This document shows positions 1 to 13,653 of a stretch of DNA of 64,000 nucleotides, one piece after another (within the stretch, counting starts at the first letter, position 1; each line of letters starts with the position of its first letter). Position numbers and translations under genes: made by a program. The notes beneath the pieces were generated by a model. It did not search any database and was not told the origin of the DNA. It saw only the letters and a list, made by a program, of their open reading frames with translations. The DNA comes from Camelus ferus (lineage: Eukaryota): assembly GCF_009834535.1 (NCBI RefSeq), contig NC_045696.1, forward strand, positions 74,960,001-75,024,000. Reading direction: 5' to 3'.

Positions 1-2889
1 TTGTGTCAAATTCCATTCATCTGAGCCACCCTCCAGTCACACGCTTCTATTCACAAGCCTGGGATGGAAATTCAAGGAGTTGTGTCCTGACCCACTGGAG
101 ATAACTCCACAGTCATGGCTGAGACAGTCTCAGCTCTTGAACATCTCTGTTTTCATCGAACCTGAGTTACAGTCAGTAGCTCTTGAGAGACCAGCCTCAT
201 TAGTCATAAAAGCGTCTGTGCTGGGGAGGGCACCTACCTCATCCCGCCCACTGTAGCTTAATGACTCACGACATGAGGGTTAGCCAGCTCATTCTGCTCA
301 CTCTCAATTCATCCATGGGTTTATTCTGTACATCCCTCGGCCCACTGGGTTATCACAGATTTGAGATCCAAAGACATAATTCAATTTGTGATTTTATGTA
401 CTGTCATCCCTGAGATGAAATTTTCATTATGAAAAAAATTAGTTGTTTATTCCCTAAGCATTTATAAATAGTGTAGTACATTGCAGACATTGTGCTAGGA
501 CTTGAGGACAAGGATGAGTACAGTAATGTCCTTGTCTTTGAGGAGCTAATAGTCCAAAGGGCTGGTGCAAGACAGGAGGGCACATGCTTTCAGTCTGATT
601 TGGTGGGGGCCACGGACAGTAGAAGTCTTGAGGGGGGTGAATACAAGCTGGTCAGATGAAGGATGGGGGCAAGGAGAAACAGCAAGAACACAAGATGGGA
701 AAGTGTGGACAGGGCGTGGTGTAAGACCAAATCAGAGCAATCTCTGGGCTCTGTAGGGCACTTGAATTTTAACCTATAGAGCAGCATTTTCCAAAACATC
801 TTTGAAGGAATACTTGTTCTGTGGGATGATAATTGCTCTTGCATAGTAAAAAGGGTTTCATGGTTAACCAAAATTGGTGAACATTGACTTAAAAGTCTGT
901 ATTAATACTGTTTGGTTGGTACCTACATTTCTTAAGTGCTGTACACCATCCTGTGATGGGGAGGCAGGATGAGGGGGGAATAGTACATAGGGTCCCATGC
1001 TCATGGGACTTACAGGCCAATGAGGAAGGCAGGAGTTAAGCCAATGGCTACAAATGATTTGTTAAGCGTGTACAAGTGAGGAACATCCCAGAAGGGAGAC
1101 GGGGTTACAGGCTACAGGGTAAGAGTTAATAAGAACAAGAATTAACATTCCTTCAGCCCATGCTGTCAGCCAGACATCAGGCTAAGGACTTCACAGTCAT
1201 TATTATGTTTGAACAAAACTACCCGGGGCAATGTGTGCTGGGTGCTTTCTTCATTTCCTGATGTTGGACATGGTCACAGGGCATCTCCCAAATGCGTCTG
1301 ACCACAGGACAGTTTTTCCACAGATCGCCCTTTTAATTCTGTGGCAGTTTTGGCACAGGGAACCATGAAGCCTTCTCGACTGTGGAGGGATACAGTCAAG
1401 TTTTATTGTCCAAATGGCAGAAAACATTTACTTTGTGATCCTCACTATAAGGTAAGAATAATGTTAGTGGCCGTAGAGAGTGGCTGAGAAAATCAAATGA
1501 AACAATGTGTGAAGGGTTTACACAAACACACACACATGAATGCTTGCACACACGCACACAGCACTCAGTATAGTGCCTCGTGCAGTGTAAGCAGATAGGG
1601 TAGATCAGGACATTTTGGTCCAGGGAGCAGAAGACTGAAATTATAAAAGTGGAAATAGATCAAGATCCAGCAGAAGATAGAAGGGAAAGAAGCAAAGCAC
1701 AGGCTGAAAGTGTTTCTTGGGAAGGAAGAGGACCCCTTTTGGTGGGGGTGGGGTGCGAAGGCAGGTGGAAAATGGAGCAGCTGGTCGGGTATGGAGGTGA
1801 TGTGGCACCAGAGATATTTTGGGAGGGAGGAGGGAAGCTGAGGAAAACAAGGTAAGAAGCCTTGCTCTAAAAAAAGAGGCAGGGTGGGAATTGTATACAG
1901 TGTTTGATGTACAAAAGCCATATTTTTGGTTAAAGGAAATCAGTGCCAGTCCTCCTATCTGGATAAAAATATAGGCAGCCTCCCTGCTATGTCACCTCCC
2001 TGCTTCTCTTTTTATGGATTATCTCTGGCACAAAATACCTTCCCTGGCCACTTATTCATTCAAGCCTTTTATTTCAAGCCTACTGTGTGGCAGGTACTAG
2101 AAGTCCAAGGAGATCATCAGCCCTGAGGATGGTACTGAGGGCGGTGGAGGCGCAGGGGTGGGAAGAAAGCACAGCTTACCTCTCCTGTTCAGGGGCTGTG
2201 AACTTAGAAACTCGGAGAAGGCTGGATGTTTTCCATGCAGGGATTGTGTGGCTTTCTCTTTGCGTGTGTGCACTGATACCTAATTATTCTCCCGAAAGAG
2301 CCAGTGGAGATGGCACTATGAATATACTTGAGTAGACATGTCCCATTTGGCCCAAGAAAGATGCTGGCACACTGTATCCTAGAGCCTGGAAAAGAATGTG
2401 TTGAGTCAAGCTTAAAAAAAAATTCCTGAAACGTAATTGTCCACTTTCTTAACAAGGAGAACGGGAGTATATTGAATCCTTTCAGACCTAATGCTCCCTT
2501 CATAGCAAACATTTTGCTATTCTGAAATGAGATTCATGGATGACATAACCTACCTACAAACATTTAAAAATAATATAATGTCCTAACTATATTATTAAAG
2601 GGGAAATTAAAGTTAAGTAAGTTACCATTAAGTATGTAATTCTCCATGTTAATACTTCAGCATGACCACATCAGTGGTGCAGTGAAGGACAGATGCTGAC
2701 ATCTGTATGGATACCCTCCGTGGATATGACAGCTGGAAACTGGCTGATTTGTGTGTCTTAGTATATTGGCAATTCAAACACCACGAACAGCTTTGCTGAT
2801 GGTGATGTAATTTTCTAAAACGCTGAAGAACTTTTGATAAAGTTCTGAACAAAACAAGTACCCATTTCTCTCAGTTTTCACAGCAGATG

Positions 2890-3207
2890 CGTTTTGGAAA
2901 ATTTAGTGAAATTGAAAAAGGCAAAAGGCACTCAAATACGAGATATTTTTTGTTTACATGTAAAATGGTGTTTGGTTTTAGCTCAGATCGTTAATAACAG
3001 GCTTTTCATCTATGTGAATGTCCAGTGAGATGTGAAAAGTTACACAGCACTCAGGGCAATTCTTAGTTGTGTGGGGCCTTCCTGCAAAGTGCAGGACATC
3101 TGTCACATCTGGCTGTCTACTCCAGTCATGGTGACAACCAAGAAACACCCTGCAGATTTCCAAAATGTCCACCAGGGGGTGGCCCCATCCCCTTTGAGAA
3201 CCACTGC
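2890..3207. mobile_element. Old hAT-Charlie DNA transposon relic (MER20B-like)
   Basis: Ends in ...CCCCTTTGAGAACCACTG, a typical MER20/Charlie terminus; boundaries approximate. Confidence 0.5.
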
Positions 3208-3740
3208 TGGGTAATAAGTGAATATAATTGAACTCTACACTAAGAGAAGCTCATTAAGTGTTTGTTGGGTAGAATGACTAGGAATCTTGCAGATCCTCAC
3301 AAACACTGTTTTGAACTTTACGTCACGCTGTGGAAAGGCTGTAGATAGAAATGGATGCTCTAGACAGGGGTAGCCAAAGGTTTTCATCTTTCAAGCCTAC
3401 CCCAGTTGGTTGGAAGTGGTTGTCTTTAATGCCATACACAGAGTAATTTTTGAGGTAGTATCTAGCTTATTCAATCATTCAGGAACTATTTAGCGAGCAT
3501 CTGTCCTGGGCACAGTTCTGGGAGCTGGCGATACAGTGGTGAATACAGCAGACCTCATGGAGCTAAGCTTTTGATCAGCTCAGGAGGAACTGACTTTAAA
3601 GGTGTGTGCAGTGGGGTCAGGAGCCAGCTAGGCACAGGCTACCTGAATCTCTACTAACCCAGGAACTTTCCTGAAACTTTATTTTAAAAAATTACGTGTC
3701 TGATAAAGGTTTATTTCCCTGTATTTTATTGTCTTCTCAG

Positions 3741-3773
3741 AAACAGAAACAAAACAAAACAAAACAAAACAAA
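3741..3773 (+). repeat. (AAAAC)n microsatellite
   Basis: aaacagaaac aaaacaaaac aaaacaaaac aaa. Confidence 0.85.
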
Positions 3774-4569
3774 TTTTAGTTAATTGAAAATTCTGATTAT
3801 TTGAGTTCTTGTTAACAGAGTTGGTCTATGATTTTAAAGGATGCATTAGAATTAATAACCAGATACCACTTGCCAATAAATGAGGGCTTGTCAAATCAGG
3901 AACAAGAATTTATCAAAAAGTAAAAAAGATACCCAGACCTATCAAAACTTATGAACATCCTGTCTCTATGAAGACCTGACCACCAACATTCCTGGGCAAG
4001 CCTTGAGAATAAGACACATGTACCAAGCCACTGACTGAGAAGGCAGACGGTTATTGCCAGTACGAGCATGAGCTGATCTCTCCTGGAGTCCTGGACCTGC
4101 CCCTTATTGCTGTGGTTTTGTGTCCTCATCTGCAGAATGAGTGAATACCTGCCTCCTTGGGTGATGGGACTGAGGGAAATAATGTTCCCAAGGCACTGAG
4201 CGCAATGCCTGGAGCAGGGTTGATCAGGGTGCCTAAATTATCACTACTTGTCCAGAAGAAGTGGGATGAGGGCAGGTGGTGGGCTTCTCTTCTTTCTACG
4301 TGAGCACCATCACTCAGCAGCGGAGGCAAGGTGTTCTTGTGTGATTGTAACTCCAGGAGAGGAGATAACTTTTCCTTGCAAACAAACTTATGGTTTCATA
4401 TACTTCATTGGATCTTAAAGGTGGAAAGTACATTAAACACCTGCTCCAACCCCCACATTACACAAAAGAATGAGTTGGTTCCAGAGAGCTCATATGATCT
4501 GGGACTAGAAACAGTGTTTAGTTTCCAAAAGCCAGGTCTCCAAGATCTGGTAAACCCATAACACAATTT

Positions 4570-4710
4570 GGGGTTTTCCAAAGTATGAATGTAGGACCAC
4601 CTGTATTAGAATCACACGAGGAGCTCTTCAAAATGCATGTTCCTGGGTTCTTCACCCCAACTATTTGATCAGAATTCTGGAGATGGGGCTTGGGAGTCTA
4701 TATTGCATAG
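4570..4710. mobile_element. MER5-like hAT relic
   Basis: Motifs tagaatcac...aaaatgcatgttcctggg...tcagaattctggagatggggc. Confidence 0.5.
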
Positions 4711-7605
4711 AAGGTCACACTTGAAATCAAGTACCACTCGAGGAGAGATAATTACCTTGACTTACAACACTGTAAAATGTGTGTGTAACCAGTGCCTCCT
4801 GGTGAAGACTTGGTCACGGTGGGTCAAACAGGACCAGAAATCCAGGGCTCTTGACCAGTCAAACAATTTCAGCTATTGTTCCCATTGGTTTCTGTTTCAG
4901 TTACCCAGTGAATTTTCTCTGTGCTGGGATAGGCCCAGTTCTGGGACTCTTGTGAGGTTGTATATAGCTCAGTGTAGCTCTCTGCTCTTGAACAAGTGCC
5001 CGAAGAAATGAATTAATACATGTAAAGCCCTGTAACTGTGCCTGGCTCATAGTAAGTGCTCAGTAAATGTTAGTCATTAGTATTATCACTTCAGAGCAGG
5101 AAGAACATCTACAGGGGGGTGACACTGGTTTCTCTGACACGAGCCTAGATCATAGGGTCAGTGTCCATTTGATGAGCAAAGATGGCTGGAGTTAGTCATG
5201 ACAAAAAAAAAAGGAAGTTCCCATCCAAGACTCTGTAAGTGTGAGGCAGAGATCATACTCCTTTGTTTGTTTTTCCTGCAAAGAGAGTGTAAGATCAGAT
5301 ATGACTACTTTTGACAGTTTAAATTGTTTCTCAATTCAGCAAAAGCTACCCATACTAGGATGAGTGTTCAGTTAGGGGTTCATTTATTCTGCTACAAATA
5401 CACAGAGACACACAAAGAAGGTAGGCTGTTGTGTACTTTTTTGGTTGTTGCAAGTGATTTGTGCATCTCTAAATTTGAAAAGAGAGTTATAGTTCTCATG
5501 AACCTGGGGAGTTTCAGCTGCCAAAGAATTCTTAGCTATAATAGTGTGTAATTGAGAGAACATGAAAATGTGTGAGGAAGTGGTTTCTCCAGCATGGTGA
5601 AAGGGAGAGACAGTTCTCTTTTCCCTTGAGTAGAGCATTTGTTAAATGCAAAAGAAAATGACTGTGGAGCCAGGAATCCATGATGCCAGCATTTTGCAGT
5701 AACATCTCCTTTCATCTCCAGATCTCTCAACAGTTGCAACAGTTTATGGGCACTAATTAAGTTTCACCATACTCATACAACTCACACTGAGTTTTATTTA
5801 CTTTCTTTTCACTAAGGAAAACCAGGGCAGGGGATGTTTAAAGGGTTACTTAAAGTTACAAAGCTCGGATTTGAATCCAGTACCCAAAGCCTCTGACGCA
5901 GCGAGGGAAGGGGCCCAGCTGGGGGAGGCTGGCTTTGCAGTTGACTCATGGCTTTTGTGGAGTAAGACGTGATCTCCAGCAACTCTGAGAGGAAAGAATA
6001 AGCTAGAGACTCAGGGAGGGTCTCAGGGACCAAGAGTGGGGAGCTCCATGCACCTGGTATCTCTTCTCACCACGCTCCTTCAGTCTTGGCTTGTGTGTTC
6101 CTGAGCAGATGCATTGGGATTGCAGTTCATACCAGCCGCTCTGGGCTCTTCCTGAGAGGTAGGCTGTGAGCCCTGAGTGGAGTATGTGTGTGGAGGGCAC
6201 TAGCTGTAGGGGTGGGAGGGGAGTCATCTGGTGTTGGTGAACAGAGGCCGCTCAGTTACCAAGTGAAGGGGCACCAGGAAGAAAATCATGAGGTACAAGG
6301 TTACTTTACTCCTTCTCACTCGCCGTCACGGACCTATGTAAAAGGAAGAAAAAACCAAGCACAGGCTAGGTCTAAGGTCAACCTCAAACGGCCAATTGTG
6401 CCAGCCACTCCTAGGACACATCTAGGCCCAGACTCGTCCAGGTCCCAGAATAAATCTGTCTGAGTCTATTGCAACTTTTGAATTCGGACTAAAAACACTT
6501 TAAAATAACTCACTTTCTCTCTTCACACCCTCTTAAGATAAATTTTTAAAGATTCTGCATGAGTATTTTCACTTAGGTGGAATTCGAATCATAAAATGGG
6601 ACAGTCCAGGAAGCCCCAGGAAAGGCAAGTACACATTCAAGTAGGGGTCTCAAGGGCTCAGAAAGCACCGTATTTCTGAGGTTGAATCAAACACATAAAA
6701 ATAGCAGCAAATCATTCAGTTCTTCAAAGAGAGTTATGCACCAGACTGCGGGGGATTCTACTAGCACATCAAAATCTGTAAAAGGAAAGTTATTATATTT
6801 TTATGAGACTGTTACAAGTAGGAAGCAGAAGGAAAAAAAATTCTTGTTGCTATCAGTTTTTATTCCGAATTGCATCAGTTCATTAAAAACAAATGATTTA
6901 CAAAGGACCTAGTCTATAACTCTAATAGAAAATTAGTACAAATCAGAAGTATGTAAGTATATTTTTTCATTATACAATATTAATACAGCTGTAGGTAACA
7001 GTCAGTGTGACTATATGTACATGATGTGTATAGATGAGATTATGCATGATGAATGTATGCCCAATGCTTTGGACAATACCAAGATAGTATTACCTTTACT
7101 AAAAAACGTACAGCAGAAGCAGTCTACCTAGCAGTCTGCCACCCTCGTTCAGTAAGCTGCTGGGAGTAGTTTATGTTCATGATTCGGTGGTATTGAAAGG
7201 TCCCACGGATGTCTTTCAATGATCAAAAAAAGGTAAAATAGTTGATACAGTGTAAGAAAACCTTTGATATAGTTTTAATGGTGAGTTATTTTACAGTCCT
7301 TTAAGTCTTGAGAATTTGGGAACTCACGTATGGTATAGAAACTGACTCTCTTAATCAGAACATGCTATTAACGAGAAAAACCCGTCCTCTAAGTTTACAC
7401 TCTAACAGACAATTTGTGAAAAAGGAAATGCGACCAGGACAAAACATTTCCTCTTTTTATAAACCTTGAAGTGAATGTGTCCTTTACCAGTTAAATAGGG
7501 TCCCTTGGGCCTCAGAACTTTCCACCAGCCTTCAGGTCTCTATGGTGATGCACCAGCCGCCGAAGCAGAACCCAGGTGATAGGGTGGCACAGGCACTGGG
7601 CCACC

Positions 7606-7848
7606 ATGGGGAGAAGGCCTGGCTGCAGAAAACCACTCAGGGTCTTCTTGAGCTTTCTGGACGGACTGTTCCACCTTGCCAGGAGCCTGCAGGGCCACCA
7701 GGACCGGCTGGCCCTGACCTCCCACCTCTCCAGGAGAGTGGGCGGCCCGCACTGCAAGGTGGCAGCCCTGGACACGCAGGTGCTTCTGATGGCTGCCTGC
7801 ACCAGGGACTGGTGGCTCCCCTGGGACCCTACTTACGTTGATGCTTAA
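7606..7848 (+). CDS. Candidate 80-aa upstream ORF in the KCNMB3 exon 1a leader
   Basis: GCCACCATGG Kozak context; 63 of 80 codons end in G or C; ends 73 nt before the beta3a ATG. Confidence 0.35.
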   Translation: MGRRPGCRKPLRVFLSFLDGLFHLARSLQGHQDRLALTSHLSRRVGGPHCKVAALDTQVLLMAACTRDWWLPWDPTYVDA

Positions 7849-7921
7849 ACTTCACCCTTCTCGCCCCTCAGAGGTTACAACTCAGGTGAAAGGAGTCCAT
7901 TTTGCCTAGCCCCCTGGTCTC

Positions 7922-7983
7922 ATGCAGCCGTTCAGCATCCCCGTTCAAATTACCCTCCAGGATGGCCGGAGACGCCAGGGGAG
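7922..7983 (+). CDS. KCNMB3: KCNMB3 exon 1a, coding part (beta3a N-terminus)
   Basis: MQPFSIPVQITLQDGRRRQG-R, then AG|GTAAGT donor; recalled human beta3a is MQPFSIPVQITLQGSRRRQGR. Confidence 0.93.
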
Positions 7984-8339
7984 GTAAGTCACCACCAGAA
8001 ATTCTCAGTTTTCATGGGCATCTCGCTGAGCAAGTGGCTGGAAGGAGAGCGGCCATAACGAGTTTGGAGGTTGAGTTTGGTTTTCATCCTCTGAGGGTGT
8101 CCCCTCACCAAGGCTCCCAGGAGGAGGCTTCCAGCAGCGCTGCTGTCCGGGTATTGCGTCCTTGTTGGCATCCTCCTCTAGGCTGCAGTTTCTTGGTGGC
8201 TAGGGATCTTTTTAAACTCATCTTTGGCTTGCCAGCAGTAGAATGTGGCCCAGCACATAGTTGGCACTCAACAAATATCTCTTGGTTAAATGAAGGAATG
8301 AAGAAATTACCCTAGCATTTGGCCACATTGGTGAGTCAT

Positions 8340-8470
8340 GCTTAGGCCCTGGCATCACTGCCCGGGTTCAGATCCCAGCTCCATCGCTTAACCAGCTGTA
8401 GGATGGTGGGCAAGTCACTTACCCTCTCTCTGCCCTGTCCCTAGTCTGCGAATGGAGATAGTAACGGCCT
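8340..8470 (+). mobile_element. MIR SINE
   Basis: gggttcagatcccagctccatcgcttaaccagctgt...gggcaagtcacttaccctctct core. Confidence 0.7.
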
Positions 8471-9889
8471 CTCCTGCCTTAGCGTGCTCTCCGTGTACTG
8501 CTCCCTAGACTACTCCACTTGACATCTCAGCTGTTGTTACTGGCCACCCACTCTCTTCCTGAAGGGGGAAGTGAGGTAGTTAGGTTATCCTGAGAACCTC
8601 TTTTGTCCCTGGGGGGATGCAAAGCAGAGGGGCCGAGAGCCTTGTGTGAAGCCTGCACTGCTGCCTGCCCGGGTGCGGGGCAGTGGAGCAGTGAGAAGTG
8701 GGCACCAGCACTGAGAGAGGAGTGGTGCCTGAGGCTGTCTGAGGAATAAGATAGTAGAAGCTTGCCAGCTTACTCCTTGGAGGGGTGCATCTCACAGCTA
8801 AGTTCACTCACTGTATCTGGAAACCAGGATGATTTGTTAGTGGCTCACGTGAAACTAGGAGCTGAAAAAGTGGAAACAGTAATAATCACAATGGCCATCA
8901 CATTGCCCGCTCCTGCCCTTCTTTAACTACCCTCATGGGTATCTGAGAAAGGGAATGCGAGAGAGTGAGAGGTAGGGGTTTGGATGGAGTTTGGGGCTGG
9001 AGGAGGGAGGAACAGACAGAAGAAAGAGATAGAGGCAAAACACTTCTCTCCTAGAAATGAACTAATGCTTTTGTGAGGCTATTAAAATGAATCACTGTAT
9101 GGCAGTAGATCAAATGACAAACATGCGAGGGAACAAGTTTTAATGCCCCATTCACAACATAATTAACTAGCTATAAGAGCAGTTGTGTTCTCCCCAAAGC
9201 ACTACAGTATCCCATTCTCACTTCTCAAGTACCCAATTGGATTATTGCTTTTGCCTCTGGCTCAACTTGACGAACCATGTTGACTTTTCTCAGCATTATT
9301 TGCTGTTTCAAAAGTTGTTAAATAATTTTTTAATTAAAAAAATAGAAAGGTAAAAATGATTACCCAAATCTTCTTTGCAACACAAATTACAAGGAACTAT
9401 TAGTTTAACATACCCAAAGCTTAGAAATTACATACACACATGAAATGAGTGTCAGATGAATTATCAAACTTTGATGAACTGCAGCATCTTTCTAGGGAAC
9501 ATTTTCTGCACAAGTTGTAGTTGTAGGAAGGAGAGGCTGCTGGCTTCCGCAGGGATCACAACCAGATGAACTTGTTTAAGCTCTTTGAAAGTGAGTTTGC
9601 CTCAGGCTAAGCCAGAAGGCACCTGTAGCAGCCTGTGGTAGTCGGAGCTGGTGGGAAAGTCAGTTCTGTCTGCAGGAAGCAACAGGAAGGGGTGGGTACT
9701 GCCTTGACTATGAATAAAACATCTCCAGGTAACACATTGGTTAGAAGTGGAGATTATTGCTGGCAAAAAGAAGTGAAAATGCTACTCACTCATCTCACTG
9801 GCCGGAGAGCAAAATTAGGTCACTGTTAAGTGCTTTGAGGTCCTTGGATGAAAGGTGCGTGTAAATACCACAAAGGTAATTACAGGGCT

Positions 9890-12790
9890 GTTTGTGGTCT
9901 CAGAAAACTGGAAACAACCTAATATTCAACAATAAGGAAATGGTTAAGGAAATTATAGCATATCCAATTGATGGAATATTATGTAGCCAGCGGAAGGGTT
10001 ACAAAGAATTGCTACCAACATGGGAAAGTGGTTATTATGTTAAGTAAAGAAGACAAGCTTAAAAAAGAACTGTATCCAGTATGATCTCATTCTGTTTAAA
10101 ACAATATTATAGAGGAGTAAAATAACCTAGTAAATGAATAATAATTATCTCTAAGTGGTAGAACTGTAGGTGATTTTTATTCTTTTTTCTAGACTTATCC
10201 ATATTTTCCAAGTTTCATAAAATGAGGATATGAAATAAGTTCATTACTTTTACAAATCATTTGACATTTGTTGAGGCTTTCTTTATGGCTCATTTTGTGG
10301 TTAGGTCTCATAATTGTGTTCATGTATGTTTGAGAAGAATATATATTCTGTGGGGGACAGTATTCTATCTTTATTATTTAGATAGAACGTTTTATTGCTT
10401 TGCTCAGATCAATTTCCTTACTGATGTGTCTGGTTGAGCTATCAGTTACTGGGGGAGTATATAAAAATATCTCAGTCTGATAGTAGATTTTATCTATTTC
10501 TTCCTACAGTTCTGTCAATGAGGCAATGCTATTAGGCACATATAAATTAGTATCATTATATCTTCCAGGTGAATTGAACCTTCAATCAATGTCACTACTT
10601 TCTTTACTTTTAGTAAAGCTTTTTAATCTTAAAGTTCATATCAGCTTGCTTTTCATTAGACTTTGCCTAACAAATTTCAACCGTTTTATGTATCTGTGTG
10701 TTTTATATGTAAAAACATGTATGTTTAAATCCAGTCTGACAATCTTTTATCTTTTAATTGGATCATTTAATCCATTAAGATTTATTGTAATTACTGATGT
10801 ACTTAGATTTATTTTATCATGTTTTTGTGCTTTCTGTCTTGACTTTTCTGCGAGGTTTTTTGTTTCCCCCTCTTCTTTCAGATTGATTTTTTACCCCCTT
10901 TCCATTCTTCTTTCTCTACTAGTTTGAAAGTTATTTGACCTATTTGTACTCTTTTAGTGGATAGTCCAGAAATTTTAGCATGCAGACTTGAACTTATCAA
11001 AGTGAAATCAATTTTTATCATCCTTTTGAAAACTATCAGGAATTTAGAACACACCAACACCATCACCCCCTTTAAGTTAGATACTCTGATAATGTGTTTG
11101 GCTTTTGACCCCTCAAGCCGACATCATCATTATCATTTTAATTATTTAAAAAAAATTAAAAATGATTTAAATTTAAATATTTAACTATTGAAATTTCATT
11201 GTTATTGTTTTATAAGGTTAGTATCTTTACTTACCTGTTCACTCCTGTAATTGCTCTTCATTTCTGGGTAAATCTCAGCTCTTCCATCTGGATTGTTTTC
11301 CCTCTGCCTAAAGTAAATGCTTGACCTTTTCCTTTAGTGAAGGTCTATTGATGGCAAACTCAGCTTTGTGTGTGTCTGAAATGTCTTTATTTTGTGCTTA
11401 TTCTTGAGAGATGTTTGCTAGGTGTAGGGTTCCGTGGTTACTTCCTCTCAGCTTATTGACAATATTCCTGTCTTCTGGCTTCCATTCTTGTTACAGAGAA
11501 ATAAGCTCTCAGTCTAATTATCATTCCTGTGAAGTTAATCTCTTTTTCCTCTGGCTGCTTTTAAGAATTTCTCTTGTCTTGGTATCTGTGCAGTTTCTCA
11601 GTGATGTGGGTTTCTTTTTATTTTATCCTCCTTGGCTCCTGGAATCTGTGGACAAGGTCTTCATCACATTTCTGGAATTTTATTGTCTTTTAAAAGTAAT
11701 GCTTGGCTTCTCTTTTTCTGGAATTCTGAATGGGCTTTATGTTAGATTTTTTCTATCTCCCATGCTTCTTAGCCTTTCTTCAATATTTTCCATCAAGGAA
11801 ATCTCTCTGTATTATACTCTAGCTATTTTGCAGATCCATCTATTTACTAATTATCTTTTCAAATGTGTCTAATCTACTGTTAAATTGGTCCACCAAGTTT
11901 TTAGTTCAGTTATTTTATTTTTCATCTTTAGAAATTCTATTTGGTTCTTTTTAATATTGGCTTGGCCATATTTTAGAATCTTTTGCTCTTTCTAATATTT
12001 CCAGTCCCTTTATTTCTTTAAATTATTGCTGATTACATTTGTATCAGTAGATAATTGAATATACAAATGTATATGTTACATTTTTATATGTTGTCCAAAA
12101 TCTGAAGTTTTGGGGGGGATCTGATTCTGTTGTCTATTTTTCTCACTCAAAGGCCCTTATTATGGTTTTATGATTTTGGAATGAGGGCACATACTCCTCA
12201 AAACTCCACAGGATTCCTTCGAGGCCTAGGTTAGAGGTGGGTGCCTCCAGACAAGTTATGTGTTTGCTTCTGCTAGCTGCCAGAGGGCACTAACTACTTG
12301 AGACAACATTGGATGAAATCCTTAGCTTGAGGTTTTTCGATTTCCCAGATAGTGTGAATTCAGGCTATAAACTCTCCTGAAGATCACCTTATGGTTATGA
12401 AACCTCGGGGAGATTATAGTTTTCCTTCTCTACCCAGTGTCAAGGTTTGAGAAAGGCGTTTTCCTGGTAACTCCTAGGGAGCTGAGTGTGGGAGGTGGTT
12501 ATTTCCAGGGCAGCCTCACACTGAGCATGTGGTCTTATGGGTCCCAGCTCTGGCTGAGAGCAGTAAGTCCCATACCTTGGATAGGCCCTGGGTGTTCTCT
12601 CCTGTCCCAGGGTCCTCCCCTTAGACTGTGAGGCTGAAGCTCAAGGTCACCAAGTTCTGCAAATGCCCTCAAGGTTAACATTTACTTCAGTCCACTTTCC
12701 CCTCTGGGTTCCTACTTTCACATAGTTTTTTGTCCTTCAAGTATTTCAAACTCTTTTTTTAAGCTTTGACCAGAATTTTTATTGTTAGCA
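9890..12790. mobile_element. Old L1M-type LINE fragments (sense 3' end ~9.9-10.25 kb, then antisense body)
   Basis: ggaaacaacctaat...ggaatattatgtagcc L1 3' motif, then a long T-rich degenerate antisense L1 body; boundaries approximate. Confidence 0.6.
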
Positions 12791-12838
12791 GTTAAAATGT
12801 ATGTCTAGTCCATTATGTGGATAAAATAGAAGGCTGTT

Positions 12839-13653
12839 TGTTTTGGTTTTGCTTTTTTTTTTTTTCTCTTTTTCTTTCAAAATTTTCTTTTCTTAAATTA
12901 CAGTTGGTATATAATGTTGTATTAATTTCTAATGTAAGGCATAGTGACTCATTTATATATATATACACACACATACACATATACATATATTCCTTTTCAT
13001 ATTCTTTTTCATTATAGGCTATTACAAGGTATTGAATATAATTCCCTGTGCTATACAGTATAAACTTGTTGTTTATCTAGTTTATAATATAGTAGTTAGT
13101 ATCTGCAAATCCTGGACTCCCAATTTATCCCTCCACCCCCACTTTCCTCCTGGTAACCATAAGTTTGTTTTCTGTATCTGTGAGTCTGTTTCTGTTTTGT
13201 AAATAAGTTCATTTGTGTCATTTTTTAAAGATTCCACGTGTAAGTGATATCATATGGTATTTTTCTTTCTCTTTCTGGCTTACTTCACTTAATATGACAA
13301 TCTCCAGGTCCATCCATGTTGCTGCAAATGGCATTATTTTATTCTTTTTTATGGCTGAGTAGTATTCCATTGTATATCACGACTTCTTTATCTAATCTTC
13401 TGTTGATGGACATTTGTTTCCATGTCTTGGCTATTGTAAATTGTGCTGCTGTGGACATTGGGGTGCATGTATCTTTTCAAATTAGAATATCCCCTGGATA
13501 TATGCCCAGGAATGGGATTGCTGGATCATATGTTAAGTCTATTTTTTGTTTTTTAAGGAATCTCCATACTGTTTTTCATAGTGGCTGCAGCAAACTACAT
13601 TCCCACCACCAGAATAGGAGGGTTCCCTTTTCTCCACACCCTCTCCAGCATTT
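12839..13653 (-). mobile_element. 5'-truncated, relatively young L1 with target-site duplication
   Basis: T-rich tail on the left, L1 3' UTR and ORF2-end motifs (catccatgttgctgcaaatggc, gggattgctggatcata). TSD AATAGAAGGCTGTT (12825-12838) / AATAGAAGCCTGTT (13654-13667). Confidence 0.88.

Noticed and set aside
262..268. AP-1 motif TGACTCA (also at ~5942 and ~26885)
   Set aside because: Isolated 7-mers occur at about this frequency by chance in 64 kb; there is no independent enhancer evidence.
7512..8315. Other overlapping ORFs (7542-7841 +, 7512-7802 -, 7540-7752 -, 7902-8315 +)
   Set aside because: These are expected shadow ORFs in GC-rich sequence. They have weaker or non-ATG starts, and I saw no similar coding signal; 7902-8315 also crosses the exon 1a donor out of frame.
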